Part shown: one piece after another, positions 9,725-19,299 of the stretch | How positions within the stretch are numbered: position 1 is the stretch's first letter | Layout: each line of letters begins with the position of its first letter | NCBI GenBank assembly: GCA_902625455.1 | Contig: CACOBL010000005.1 | Location: 6,648 to 70,647, forward strand | Origin: an uncultured Candidatus Actinomarina sp. | GTDB lineage: Bacteria; Actinomycetota; Acidimicrobiia; Actinomarinales; Actinomarinaceae | Length of the DNA stretch: 64,000 nucleotides | Direction of reading: 5' to 3' | The notes under the pieces: model-generated | Told to the model about the DNA's origin: nothing | Seen by the model: the letters and a program-made list of their open reading frames with translations, nothing else | Databases searched by the model: none | Made by a program: the position numbers and the translations under genes

Positions 9725-12313
9725 TTATAAAGATTTTGCAGTTTTTTTATTGTGATAATTTGCCCAAAATACAAGAAGTGTAGGCAAGATTAAAATAGAT
9801 GCTACAAGTGCAAAACCTAGTGCGACAACAACAACTTGTCCCATTTGTTGAAATGGTTTTAGTGATGATGTCATCAAAATACCAAAGCCTGCCATTGTTG
9901 TAAATGCGGAACCGAATAGTGAACCGCCAGTTGTCTTTAAAGTAGTTTTGACAGCATCAACTGGATTAGGTGCTGTTAGAAGGGTTTCTCTAAATCTATT
10001 AGTAACATGAATTACGAAGGGGACTCCAATACCTATAGCTAATCCCGATAGTGTTGAAGTCACAGGATTAAGCGGAATATCGAGAAAATACATACCTAAA
10101 TAAGTACCCATTACAATTGCTACAACTGGAAGGATTGTAATGACACCAAGAAATGGTTTTCTAATGTCAATTAAGTAATACAAAATTAAGAAAGTCATTG
10201 AAGCTAAAATTGCAAATATAAGTGATTGAAATTGTGATTCAGAAATTAAATCGCTCACACTTTGAGTAACAATTGCATCGTTAGTAGCCGCAATTGAAAC
10301 ACCAAGAGAAGATAATGGCGTAAATGCATCATATATATCATCTCTTAATTGTGCAGCACCTAAAGAACCTGCAGAAGTTGTAATTCTTACTTGTTGCGCA
10401 GTTACTGTACTTTCTTCATTAAAGTAAAGGCTTGCTAAGAATGCTTCTGGGTCAGTACTTGTAAGATACTCATAAAGTCCTTGTACGTCGCCGGAGTCTT
10501 TAACTTTTAATGCATCTATACCTTGAGATCCAGACATTAAATCAACACCAAAAGACCCGAGTGATCCTAAAAGCTCCATATCTGGCATAGCTGGTGGTGC
10601 TCCAGGAGCTGCTCCTTGTGGAGCTAGTAACTGTCCGACTGTACCAATAACAGATTCAGCTGCAACATTTCCAGCATAAACTACAATATTTTCCTTATCG
10701 CTCAGATTGTTAATTGATTCAATAAGTGCATTGTGTATTTCTGGAGTTGCTAAATTTTCTCCCTCAATTAAGACTGCAGTAGTTTCTCCAAATCCACCGC
10801 CAAATTCTTCGGTTAATAAATCAAGAGTTTGTACAACTGGATCATCCTCAGGAAGAAAATCTGTAAATTCAAAAATTGTTTCTAAGTTGGTAAAACTGAA
10901 ATAACCATAACCAGAAATAGCTACTAACAATGCTATGGCTACCAATTTAAGTCTCTTAGGTATAATTCCACTAGATGCAGCAATTTTGTTTAATACACTT
11001 TCGCCAGATGATGAAAAAGCCTCGGTACTAATATTTCCTTTTGTTTCGGCTTTTTTATCTAATAAAGTTCTTATTGCAGGTACAAAAGTCATTACAAGAA
11101 AAAAGGCAAAAAATATTCCAGTAGAAACTAATATTCCAAAATCTTTTAATTCAGGTAGTGGGGAAACTATATTTGTTAAAAAACCAACTATAGTTGCAAG
11201 CGTTGCAAGCGTTAGTGCAATACCAACAGATTTAAGTGTTGATGAAGTGGATCCAGTTATTGAGTTACCTGAACCAATCTCTTCCCTATATCTTGAAGTA
11301 AAGTGAATAGCATAATCAACACCAAGACCAATCAAAATGATTGGAGCAATTTGAGATACCTGATTTGGTGCACCAATTATGTCTAAATAGCCAGGTCCGA
11401 GTATTGTTCCTGCCCCTTGCATCCAGCCTATTGAGAGAAGTATTGCACCTAAGCTTAAAAGTAAATCACTAAATGTTCTTCTTCCAGATTTGAGAATACC
11501 AAAACCTTTCCTTGGTCTAATGAAAAATATATATGCAAGAACAACAAGAATGATGATGAATGCTTGGCCAAAAAGTATACCAATTTCCTGTAAAAAATCA
11601 TCGCCTTCATTACCAAGTAAAAGCCCAAAAGAAAAACCAGAGACTTTTATATCTCCAATTGAAATTTCTGATAATGCATCAGAAAGAGCTACCTCCATAC
11701 GCGGTTGTTCAATAAATACTCCATCTGAACCACCGAACTCTTCAACAATCAATGAACTGTCTATAGTAACAATTGCCAAGCCTGCTGATGCAGTTGTTTT
11801 GTCTTCATCATAAGTTGATGACAAAAGTGCAGCAGCAAAAGCTTTGAATTCTGGAGGCATTTGACCATTGGCTTGGTTATAAAGTTGTTTAAATTGTTCA
11901 TCTGACATGGCACTGACATTTAGAGTCGGATTAAATGCTTTAGCAAAGTCAACTGGTGCAAAGAAACCTTGTACAGCACCTCCTTGATCTTTAACTAAAT
12001 ATGGGTATATTTCACTCTGTAAAACTGCTTTATTAATTTCTTGCCAGGCAAGGTATCCATCAACAGTAAGAACATCTTCGCCACTTACAATAATTTGGAA
12101 AACTGATTGTGAACCAGATGTTTGGAAGTACTCGCCTAATTTAGACTGGGCTTGAATTTCTGGAGTATCGAGTTCTCCACCAAAACTTGTACTCAATTCT
12201 TCGGCTTGACCTGCCATATAACCAAAAAAACCAGTTAAAAGAAAAACAACAAGTATTGTGATAACAGGTCTTTTCGTTGCAGCTGAAGAAAAAAAGTTTG
12301 TTAAAAGTTTCAT
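9725..12313 (-). CDS. MMPL/RND family transporter
   Basis: Two-fold repeat of one TM + large loop + five TMs; GLGVDYAIH, ATIVGF, TTMAGF. Confidence 0.9.
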   Translation of the reverse strand: MKLLTNFFSSAATKRPVITILVVFLLTGFFGYMAGQAEELSTSFGGELDTPEIQAQSKLGEYFQTSGSQSVFQIIVSGEDVLTVDGYLAWQEINKAVLQSEIYPYLVKDQGGAVQGFFAPVDFAKAFNPTLNVSAMSDEQFKQLYNQANGQMPPEFKAFAAALLSSTYDEDKTTASAGLAIVTIDSSLIVEEFGGSDGVFIEQPRMEVALSDALSEISIGDIKVSGFSFGLLLGNEGDDFLQEIGILFGQAFIIILVVLAYIFFIRPRKGFGILKSGRRTFSDLLLSLGAILLSIGWMQGAGTILGPGYLDIIGAPNQVSQIAPIILIGLGVDYAIHFTSRYREEIGSGNSITGSTSSTLKSVGIALTLATLATIVGFLTNIVSPLPELKDFGILVSTGIFFAFFLVMTFVPAIRTLLDKKAETKGNISTEAFSSSGESVLNKIAASSGIIPKRLKLVAIALLVAISGYGYFSFTNLETIFEFTDFLPEDDPVVQTLDLLTEEFGGGFGETTAVLIEGENLATPEIHNALIESINNLSDKENIVVYAGNVAAESVIGTVGQLLAPQGAAPGAPPAMPDMELLGSLGSFGVDLMSGSQGIDALKVKDSGDVQGLYEYLTSTDPEAFLASLYFNEESTVTAQQVRITTSAGSLGAAQLRDDIYDAFTPLSSLGVSIAATNDAIVTQSVSDLISESQFQSLIFAILASMTFLILYYLIDIRKPFLGVITILPVVAIVMGTYLGMYFLDIPLNPVTSTLSGLAIGIGVPFVIHVTNRFRETLLTAPNPVDAVKTTLKTTGGSLFGSAFTTMAGFGILMTSSLKPFQQMGQVVVVALGFALVASILILPTLLVFWANYHNKKTAKSL

Positions 12314-12359
12314 AAATCTAAAGATTACATTAAAAATAAATTTAGCTGTACTTTATTAA

Positions 12360-12376
12360 TGTTAAATTAATGTAAA
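12360..12376 (+). promoter_or_regulatory. Candidate OmpR-family response-regulator direct repeat
   Basis: TGTTAA-N5-TGTAAA in the divergent MMPL/M15 intergenic region, 13 nt upstream of a TAAAAT -10. Confidence 0.35.
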
Positions 12377-12401
12377 TCTACGAAAAACTTAAAATAATAA
12401 T

Positions 12402-13547
12402 ATGCTTTATGCACTGTTAACTTCAATGATATTAAATTTTTCAATTTCACCAGATATGAGTCATGAAAACGAAAATCATTACACTAAAAATAAAATTGAT
12501 AATTACGACATAATTACTATTTCTCAATCTGGAAGTCTTTTCTATAGTGTTACAAATCAAATTTTAGAAAGCGTAAATAATTTAAATACGAATGTTACTT
12601 TTATAGGAAGAGCAAATGTTGGCCTTGAATCAACAACTTTTGCTAATAATGAAATAAATTTAACTACATTAGATAATTTTTTATACAACTTATCTATCAA
12701 AACAATCGAATCGTCGGACGTAGATTACTTTTATGATGAAGAAAGTGCTCAAGCTATTAGAGACAACAAAATAGTTATTTCTGAATTAACTGCAAGCAGG
12801 TATGAATTAAATGTTGGCGATTATGTAAATCTTGTTGGACTTAATAGTGAAACTATTCCAATTGAAGTAGGTAAAGTCATTAAGGATTCCAAAATAGGCT
12901 GGTTTGAAGGAGTTATAAATAAAGATTTGGGTTTTAAATTAGGGATTTATAGAAATATCCAAGCTATCATTTGGGATAGTCATATAAATGAAAATTTTTT
13001 GATTGAACTTCATAAAAATATTAATTACAGAAAAGTTAAATTAACTTTTAGAGAAAATAGAGTTAATAAAAATTGGGTTCTTCCAACAGCACTAGTAAAA
13101 GAAATGTTTGGAGATTTTCAAATAAAAGAACGAGACGGCGTATGGATTACAACAGAACCTGAATGGAGAGAAGAAAATATTCAAAATAAAAGAATGCCTA
13201 TATTAGGAATTACACGATGTCATAGATTAATGTGGGAACCGCTTGAGGGTGCATTAAATCAAATTCTTGAAGAAGGCCTTGAAGAATATCTATCAATTGA
13301 AGAATGGAAATCTTCTGGTGGATGTTATGCTCCAAGGAGAATCAACAGGTTTGATGCCGGAGGTAGTATTTCGAGGCATGCTTGGGGAATAGCAATTGAT
13401 ATAAACACAAAATCTGGTTATCCGCCTAGAGTAGTTGAAATATTTAATGACTGGGGATTTGCCTGGGGAGGCACATGGACATCTCCCGATGAGATGCATT
13501 TTGAACTAAGAGATTTATCAGCCAGTGTTTCTAAGACCAGCGGCTAA
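12402..13547 (+). CDS. Secreted M15-family (M15C-like) zinc peptidoglycan peptidase with an N-terminal accessory domain
   Basis: SRHAWGIAIDIN (SxHxxGxAxD), FAWGGTW, DEMHFE; hydrophobic N-terminus. Confidence 0.85.
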   Translation: MLYALLTSMILNFSISPDMSHENENHYTKNKIDNYDIITISQSGSLFYSVTNQILESVNNLNTNVTFIGRANVGLESTTFANNEINLTTLDNFLYNLSIKTIESSDVDYFYDEESAQAIRDNKIVISELTASRYELNVGDYVNLVGLNSETIPIEVGKVIKDSKIGWFEGVINKDLGFKLGIYRNIQAIIWDSHINENFLIELHKNINYRKVKLTFRENRVNKNWVLPTALVKEMFGDFQIKERDGVWITTEPEWREENIQNKRMPILGITRCHRLMWEPLEGALNQILEEGLEEYLSIEEWKSSGGCYAPRRINRFDAGGSISRHAWGIAIDINTKSGYPPRVVEIFNDWGFAWGGTWTSPDEMHFELRDLSASVSKTSG

Positions 13548-15962
13548 GCCATTAATAGACAGTAACAGAGCATTATTTTCAAACTGACTTAACTCTTTTT
13601 TTCTCATTTTTTTCATAAGTGAAACTTGAATCAAAGACAGAGGATCAAGATAGGCATTTCTTATATTTAAAGTATTTTTAAGAACTTTATTGTCATTTAA
13701 AAGTTCAGAATTTTGTTTTATTTGTTTTATCATTTTTATAACTAAATTAGACTCAATCAATATGTCTTCATATATATCTTGGTACTCATTACCAAAAAGC
13801 TCATCAACGTATAGTTTAGAAATTTTTAAATCAGATTTAGAAACTGTCATCTCTATATTGCTAATTAGGTTCTTAAAAAAGTCAGATGTTTGGTAAATAC
13901 GCCTTACTTTTTTTATCCCATGTTTTTTGACTAAGCTATCAAATGCTGTTCCAGCACCATACCAACCTGTTAATGTATTACGTGTTTGCGCCCATGCAAA
14001 CACCCAAGGTATTGCTCTGTAATTGTCGAGTGAAGTAACTTTATTAGATCTCTTTGCTGGCCTTGACCCAATATTTAATGTAGACAATAAATTAACAGGT
14101 GTTACATTTTCAAAATAATCAAGAAAATGTCTTTTTTCTACCAGACTTCTATATTTTAAATAGGAAGTTTCAGATACCTCTTCAAATATGTTTTCATGTT
14201 TTAAAGTTGATTCAAGACTACTTGAAGAAGTATTAATGAAGGCTGCTGAACCTAACTTTAAATTTTCAAAAGCTAGATAAGGGGTAGAGTATTTGTCTGA
14301 TATAACTTCTCCTTGTTCTGTATATCTAATTTGTGAGGTAATTGTTCCCTTTGGCTGTGACATAATTGAGTCATATGTCGGACCACCGCCTCTACTAATA
14401 GTTCCACCTCTACCATGAAAAAAATTGATATTTGCATTATTTTTGCTAACTGTCTTAAATATAGAAATTTGAGCTTTGTAAACATTCCATTGTGAAGCAA
14501 TTATCCCACCATCTTTATTTGAGTCCGAATAGCCAAGCATAACCTCCTGGTTATTGTTTTTAAATGTTTTAATAAACTCTCTATATTTTTGATCTTTTAA
14601 CAACTTATCAATAATTAAGTGTGATGATTGTAATTCTTCAATTTCTTCAATCAGTGGAGTGAGGGTTGGGATATTTTTATCTGGAATAATCGAACTACAT
14701 ATATTGTATAAATTTAAAATATCATCATGCGATTTTGTCATTGAAAGAATGATTGAACTAAATACTTTATTACCATATATATCTTGAAGTTCTGGAATCT
14801 GCTTTATCAATTCTGTAAAATCCTTATACAGTTTTCCTTTTTTTGAATTTATTACTGAAGAGTTTTGACGAATGTCTAAAGTGACACCGTGAAATTCAAA
14901 TTGTTTTACAAAATTAACAAATTTATCTAATTTAGAAATTCGAAAGTTTTTACCAAATACATAACTAACACTATTTTGAAAAATTTCTAAATCTTTTAAA
15001 AATTCATCAAAATATTTGTAGCCTTTTTTATTTAATTGAAAGTTGTCCAATCTATGAAAAACTAGTGAAAGAAATATTCTGAATGGTTCATCAAAATTTA
15101 TGGTTGAATAATGATCAAATTCTTTTTTCATCAAATTAGCATAATTTTTGATTCTTTTATCTAATTCATCAGGACATTCAACAAAGTTAGTTGAAACACT
15201 AAATTCATCAGATAATTCAATAATTTTTTCTTTATAGATATTTATAATTTGATTTGAATATATTTTTAAAGCATCTTTAGTAATTTTTGTTGTAACAAAT
15301 GGATTACCATCTTTATCTGCCCCAACCCATGAACCAAAATTAATATTAAAGTTAGTGGTACTTTTTCTAATGTCTAAATCTGAAATTATATCTTCATAAA
15401 CATTTTTATATAAAATGTCTAAGTAATAAATTAATGACTTAACTTCATCTAATGGATTTGGTTTAGAAGATCTTGTATCTCTTGTATACCAAAGTTGTGC
15501 AATCAAACCGTTAATTTCTTTCATGTCATGTGAATTATTATTTTCTATAATTTCACCAATTTTATATATTTTTTTTAGTGTTGACTGTCTTGAGCTTTCA
15601 GTAGGATGGGCTGTAAAAACAGGAGTGAAATTTAAATTTTTTTTATTTGAAGTCTTAATCTTAATCTTTTTAAGTTCAAGAAAATGTTCACGAAAAACCT
15701 GCTCGGCAATGTTTGACAAATAGAAAAAAATTGTAAATGATTTTGTTATTACATATATTTCTTCAGGTTTGAGATTTTTAAGAAGATCAAAAATATCGTT
15801 TAAATATTTTTCATTTTGAGTTGATCTATATTGCTTTGATTTCTGACGTATTTCTTCAACTATTTTGTAATACTTTGCACCTGCTTGTTGTTTTATTACA
15901 TGACCTAATTCATTTCCTAGAAGTTTTATCGTATTAGGCAGTGTGTCGAATTGAACTGATAT
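13518..15962 (-). CDS. ppc: Phosphoenolpyruvate carboxylase (start uncertain: 15962 ATA or 16025 ATG)
   Basis: FTAHPTE, QEVMLGYSDSNKDGG, FHGRGGTISRGGGP, TEQGE, RAIPWVF, C-terminal LRNTG. Confidence 0.95.
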   Translation of the reverse strand: MSVQFDTLPNTIKLLGNELGHVIKQQAGAKYYKIVEEIRQKSKQYRSTQNEKYLNDIFDLLKNLKPEEIYVITKSFTIFFYLSNIAEQVFREHFLELKKIKIKTSNKKNLNFTPVFTAHPTESSRQSTLKKIYKIGEIIENNNSHDMKEINGLIAQLWYTRDTRSSKPNPLDEVKSLIYYLDILYKNVYEDIISDLDIRKSTTNFNINFGSWVGADKDGNPFVTTKITKDALKIYSNQIINIYKEKIIELSDEFSVSTNFVECPDELDKRIKNYANLMKKEFDHYSTINFDEPFRIFLSLVFHRLDNFQLNKKGYKYFDEFLKDLEIFQNSVSYVFGKNFRISKLDKFVNFVKQFEFHGVTLDIRQNSSVINSKKGKLYKDFTELIKQIPELQDIYGNKVFSSIILSMTKSHDDILNLYNICSSIIPDKNIPTLTPLIEEIEELQSSHLIIDKLLKDQKYREFIKTFKNNNQEVMLGYSDSNKDGGIIASQWNVYKAQISIFKTVSKNNANINFFHGRGGTISRGGGPTYDSIMSQPKGTITSQIRYTEQGEVISDKYSTPYLAFENLKLGSAAFINTSSSSLESTLKHENIFEEVSETSYLKYRSLVEKRHFLDYFENVTPVNLLSTLNIGSRPAKRSNKVTSLDNYRAIPWVFAWAQTRNTLTGWYGAGTAFDSLVKKHGIKKVRRIYQTSDFFKNLISNIEMTVSKSDLKISKLYVDELFGNEYQDIYEDILIESNLVIKMIKQIKQNSELLNDNKVLKNTLNIRNAYLDPLSLIQVSLMKKMRKKELSQFENNALLLSINGLAAGLRNTG

Positions 15963-15963
15963 T

Positions 15964-17232
15964 TTAAATCCTCTCAGTGCTTTTAATAAAGTCACTTCCC
16001 GTTGTGTCGAAAATAATAGTTTCATGATTTGAGAAATTTATTTTGGCAAACTGTGTATGTGGTGTAAGAACTAATATCATGTCATAATTTTTAAATTCTT
16101 TTTCATCAGTTTCTTTATTTATTACATTGCCTGACACAGAAAATTCATTTACAAAAGGATCGAAAAATGAAACATCTACACTTTTATCTAAAAGTAATTC
16201 AGCAATGTCTGTTGCGGGAGACTCTCTCATATCACTTATATCTTTTTTATAAGCAACTCCAAGTAATAGAATTTTAGAATTTTTTAAAATCTTATCTTTA
16301 CTATTTAATAAATCACTTACACGACTTACAACATAAGTCGGCATTGAATTATTAATTTCTTGAGCTAGCTCGACAAATCTGACTGGCTTTCCAATTTGTC
16401 TAGTTTTGAATGATAAATATTCTGGATCAACAGGTATACAGTGTCCCCCAACTCCAGGACCTGGTTTAAAAGATTCAAAACCAAATGGTTTTGTTTTAGC
16501 AGCATTTACAACTTCCCATATGTCAATATCTAACATTTTGCATAGCATCGCTAATTCATTTATGAGTGCGATGTTTACATGTCTATAGGTATTTTCTAAT
16601 AACTTAACCATTTCTGCTTCTTTTGTTCCATTGACAATTACGATTTCATCAATGATAGATTCATAAAAATCTTTAATTCTTTTAGTTGATTCATTGTTTA
16701 TTCCACTTATTACTTTTGGTGTATTTTTAAACTTCCATATTTTATTTCCTGGATCTATTCGTTCTGGTGAATAGCCTACAAAGAAATCTTTTCCAGCAAG
16801 AAGACCGGATTGATCTTCTAAGTTAGGAATTAAAACTTCCAAAGTTGTTCCTGGATAAGTAGTAGATTCCAGAATTACAACTTGTTTTTTAACTAAACTC
16901 TTGCCAACTGTTTTTGCCGCATCAATAACATAAGATAAATCTGGTTGATAATCAGTCAGCGGAGTTGGAACGCTTATGACAATATTCTTACAAGCAGACA
17001 ATGCTTTACTTTCTGAAGTTGAATGAAAGTTCTTTAGAGCATTTGATAATTCTTCATTCGAAATATCTTCTATTGGAGATGAACCATTATTGATCATATC
17101 AACTCTCTCAGGATTAATGTCATAACCAATAACACTCAATCCTTGTAAAGATGACTCAACAGCCAATGGAAGCCCTACATATCCTAGTCCTACTACTCCT
17201 AATTCATATTTAAAATTTAATTTATTACCCAT
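15964..17232 (-). CDS. UDP-N-acetylhexosamine 6-dehydrogenase (WecC/WbpA family)
   Basis: GLGYVGLP, ESTTYPGTT, SPERIDPG, KLLEN, PGPGVGGHCIP; likely start 17232. Confidence 0.92.
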   Translation of the reverse strand: MGNKLNFKYELGVVGLGYVGLPLAVESSLQGLSVIGYDINPERVDMINNGSSPIEDISNEELSNALKNFHSTSESKALSACKNIVISVPTPLTDYQPDLSYVIDAAKTVGKSLVKKQVVILESTTYPGTTLEVLIPNLEDQSGLLAGKDFFVGYSPERIDPGNKIWKFKNTPKVISGINNESTKRIKDFYESIIDEIVIVNGTKEAEMVKLLENTYRHVNIALINELAMLCKMLDIDIWEVVNAAKTKPFGFESFKPGPGVGGHCIPVDPEYLSFKTRQIGKPVRFVELAQEINNSMPTYVVSRVSDLLNSKDKILKNSKILLLGVAYKKDISDMRESPATDIAELLLDKSVDVSFFDPFVNEFSVSGNVINKETDEKEFKNYDMILVLTPHTQFAKINFSNHETIIFDTTGSDFIKSTERI

Positions 17233-18313
17233 TGAAATCCTCAAAAATTCTGTCTGAAGTTTTGCCATCCCATAAATCTATTTCATTATTAGAGGCAAGT
17301 TTAGTATTTAAAGAATCATTAATTTCACTAATAATATTTTTATTTACTCCAATGACTTTATTTGTACCTAATTCGACTGTTATGGGTCTTTCCGTTTCTT
17401 CTCTGAGGGTTAAGCATTTTTTATTCAAAAATGTTGTTTCTTCTTGAAGTCCACCTGAATCAGTTAAGCAAAGTTCAGAATTATTTACTAAACCTAAAAA
17501 TTTAATGTATGGTTGTGGATCAATGACTTTAAATTTTGAAGTGTCAATTTTATTTTTTTCTATAAATTCCTTTAGTCTCGGATGAGCAGGAATTAAAACA
17601 TCATAATTATTTGTAAACTCAGAAATGCCATTAAAAATAATCTCTAGGTTATTATCTGTTAGATTTATAGGTCTATGTAAAGTAAGAACGAAATACTTTC
17701 TATTAATAAAAAATTCTTCAGGTGAAAAATTGTCTATTGCTGTTATTTGATCATAATTTTTAACAAGTGTATCTATCATAATATTTCCAACGTTTTTAAT
17801 TCTGTCATTAAAAATATTTTCCTTCAATAAGTTTTCAACAGCATCTTGTGATGGAGTAAATAATTTATCACATACAGAATCAACCATTACTCTATTTCTT
17901 TCCTCTGGGGCATTAAGATTTTTTGATCTTAAGCCTGCCTCTACATGTGAACATTTGATGGAATTATTTTTAGCAGCTATTGCTCCCGCAAGTGTAGAAG
18001 TAACATCTCCAAATACAAATAAATTATCAACATTGTTTTTATCTAAATGGCTATCAAGTTCTTGAATCATACTTCCAAGTTGTTGATTCATAGATTTTTT
18101 CTGAATATTTAAATTTATATCAGGTTCTCTTAAACCTATGTCTCTAAAAATATCATCAGACATGTTTTTATCCCAATGTTGTCCAGTGTGTATAAATAGA
18201 ACTTTTAAATTATTTTCTTCAAATTTACTTAAAAGAGGAGCAACCTTTACAAAATTTGGTCTTGCACCAACGATCATTGCAGTATCATAATTTGTTTTTG
18301 TCACGTTTACCAT
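17225..18313 (-). CDS. wecB: UDP-GlcNAc 2-epimerase (non-hydrolysing)
   Basis: GARPNFVK, HTGQH, HVEAGLRS, PEE.NR, TDSGGLQEE. Confidence 0.92.
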   Translation of the reverse strand: MVNVTKTNYDTAMIVGARPNFVKVAPLLSKFEENNLKVLFIHTGQHWDKNMSDDIFRDIGLREPDINLNIQKKSMNQQLGSMIQELDSHLDKNNVDNLFVFGDVTSTLAGAIAAKNNSIKCSHVEAGLRSKNLNAPEERNRVMVDSVCDKLFTPSQDAVENLLKENIFNDRIKNVGNIMIDTLVKNYDQITAIDNFSPEEFFINRKYFVLTLHRPINLTDNNLEIIFNGISEFTNNYDVLIPAHPRLKEFIEKNKIDTSKFKVIDPQPYIKFLGLVNNSELCLTDSGGLQEETTFLNKKCLTLREETERPITVELGTNKVIGVNKNIISEINDSLNTKLASNNEIDLWDGKTSDRIFEDFNG

Positions 18314-18357
18314 AATAGTAGGTATTAATAATCAAATTATTAACTATTATTGAATCA

Positions 18358-19299
18358 ATGACTAATGTTGTAATCAATTTATGTGGCGTAAAGTCAAAAG
18401 GTGGAATCACTGTTTTTAATAATTATTTAGCACAGAATAATACTAAAAACTTATATGTACTTTATGACAATATAAAGTTTAAGAAGTATATTGAAAATCT
18501 AGATTGTCAATATATTGTAACAAAACGCATTTACCACCCATTTTTAAATCTTCTGCTTGATAATGAAATTAAAGAAAAAATTGAGAAATATGACTACATA
18601 ATACATTTTGGAAATTTTGGATTTAAAACAAATATAAGATCATATACTCTCATACAAAATATTCTTCCATTAGTAAGGCCTTTTTCATCATTCAGAAATC
18701 TTATTTTGAATTTGCTTTACAGATATACGTTTAAAATATCAGATAAAATAATTGTACAACAAGAACATGTTGCAGATTTAGTTCCAAATCAATACTTAAC
18801 AAAAATTATTGGATCATTTGAAATTAAAAATATTAAACAGACAAACAATAAAGGCTTTATAACTATATATGAAGAAAACAAAAATAAAAATCCTAAATTT
18901 CAAAAAGAACTGTTACAAGAAATCTCGTCAAAGTATGACGAAAAAATTACTGTAGTTAATACATCAACAAAAAAAAGAAGTAATATCTACGATAGTAACT
19001 TAACCATCCTTGAGAATTTAGACCGAGATGAATTATTACAAGTTTTTAAAATGCATTCAACTTATATTCATACAAGTGAATTTGAAACTGTAGGTCTTCC
19101 AATTTATGAAGCTTTAGAATCTGGATTAAAAGTTGTAGTTCCAAATTTGGACTATTTAAATTTAAAAAACGAAAATATATTTAAATATGAATTTGGAAAC
19201 TATTCATCTGCGCTTAAGGCATGTAGTGAATCAATTGAAAATTCAGATAAAATGTACTGTAAAGTACCAATTTATTATGAAAATTGGGATTTAGATTAA
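18358..19299 (+). CDS. GT4-like glycosyltransferase
   Basis: GG near the N-terminus; ETVGLPIYEA (EX7E). Confidence 0.75.
   Translation: MTNVVINLCGVKSKGGITVFNNYLAQNNTKNLYVLYDNIKFKKYIENLDCQYIVTKRIYHPFLNLLLDNEIKEKIEKYDYIIHFGNFGFKTNIRSYTLIQNILPLVRPFSSFRNLILNLLYRYTFKISDKIIVQQEHVADLVPNQYLTKIIGSFEIKNIKQTNNKGFITIYEENKNKNPKFQKELLQEISSKYDEKITVVNTSTKKRSNIYDSNLTILENLDRDELLQVFKMHSTYIHTSEFETVGLPIYEALESGLKVVVPNLDYLNLKNENIFKYEFGNYSSALKACSESIENSDKMYCKVPIYYENWDLD

Noticed and set aside
10707-11813. Several 65-123 aa plus-strand ORFs opposite the MMPL gene, and similar short shadow ORFs across the window
   Set aside because: They lie within well-supported genes, have Ser/Pro/Ile-rich antisense composition and show no motifs.
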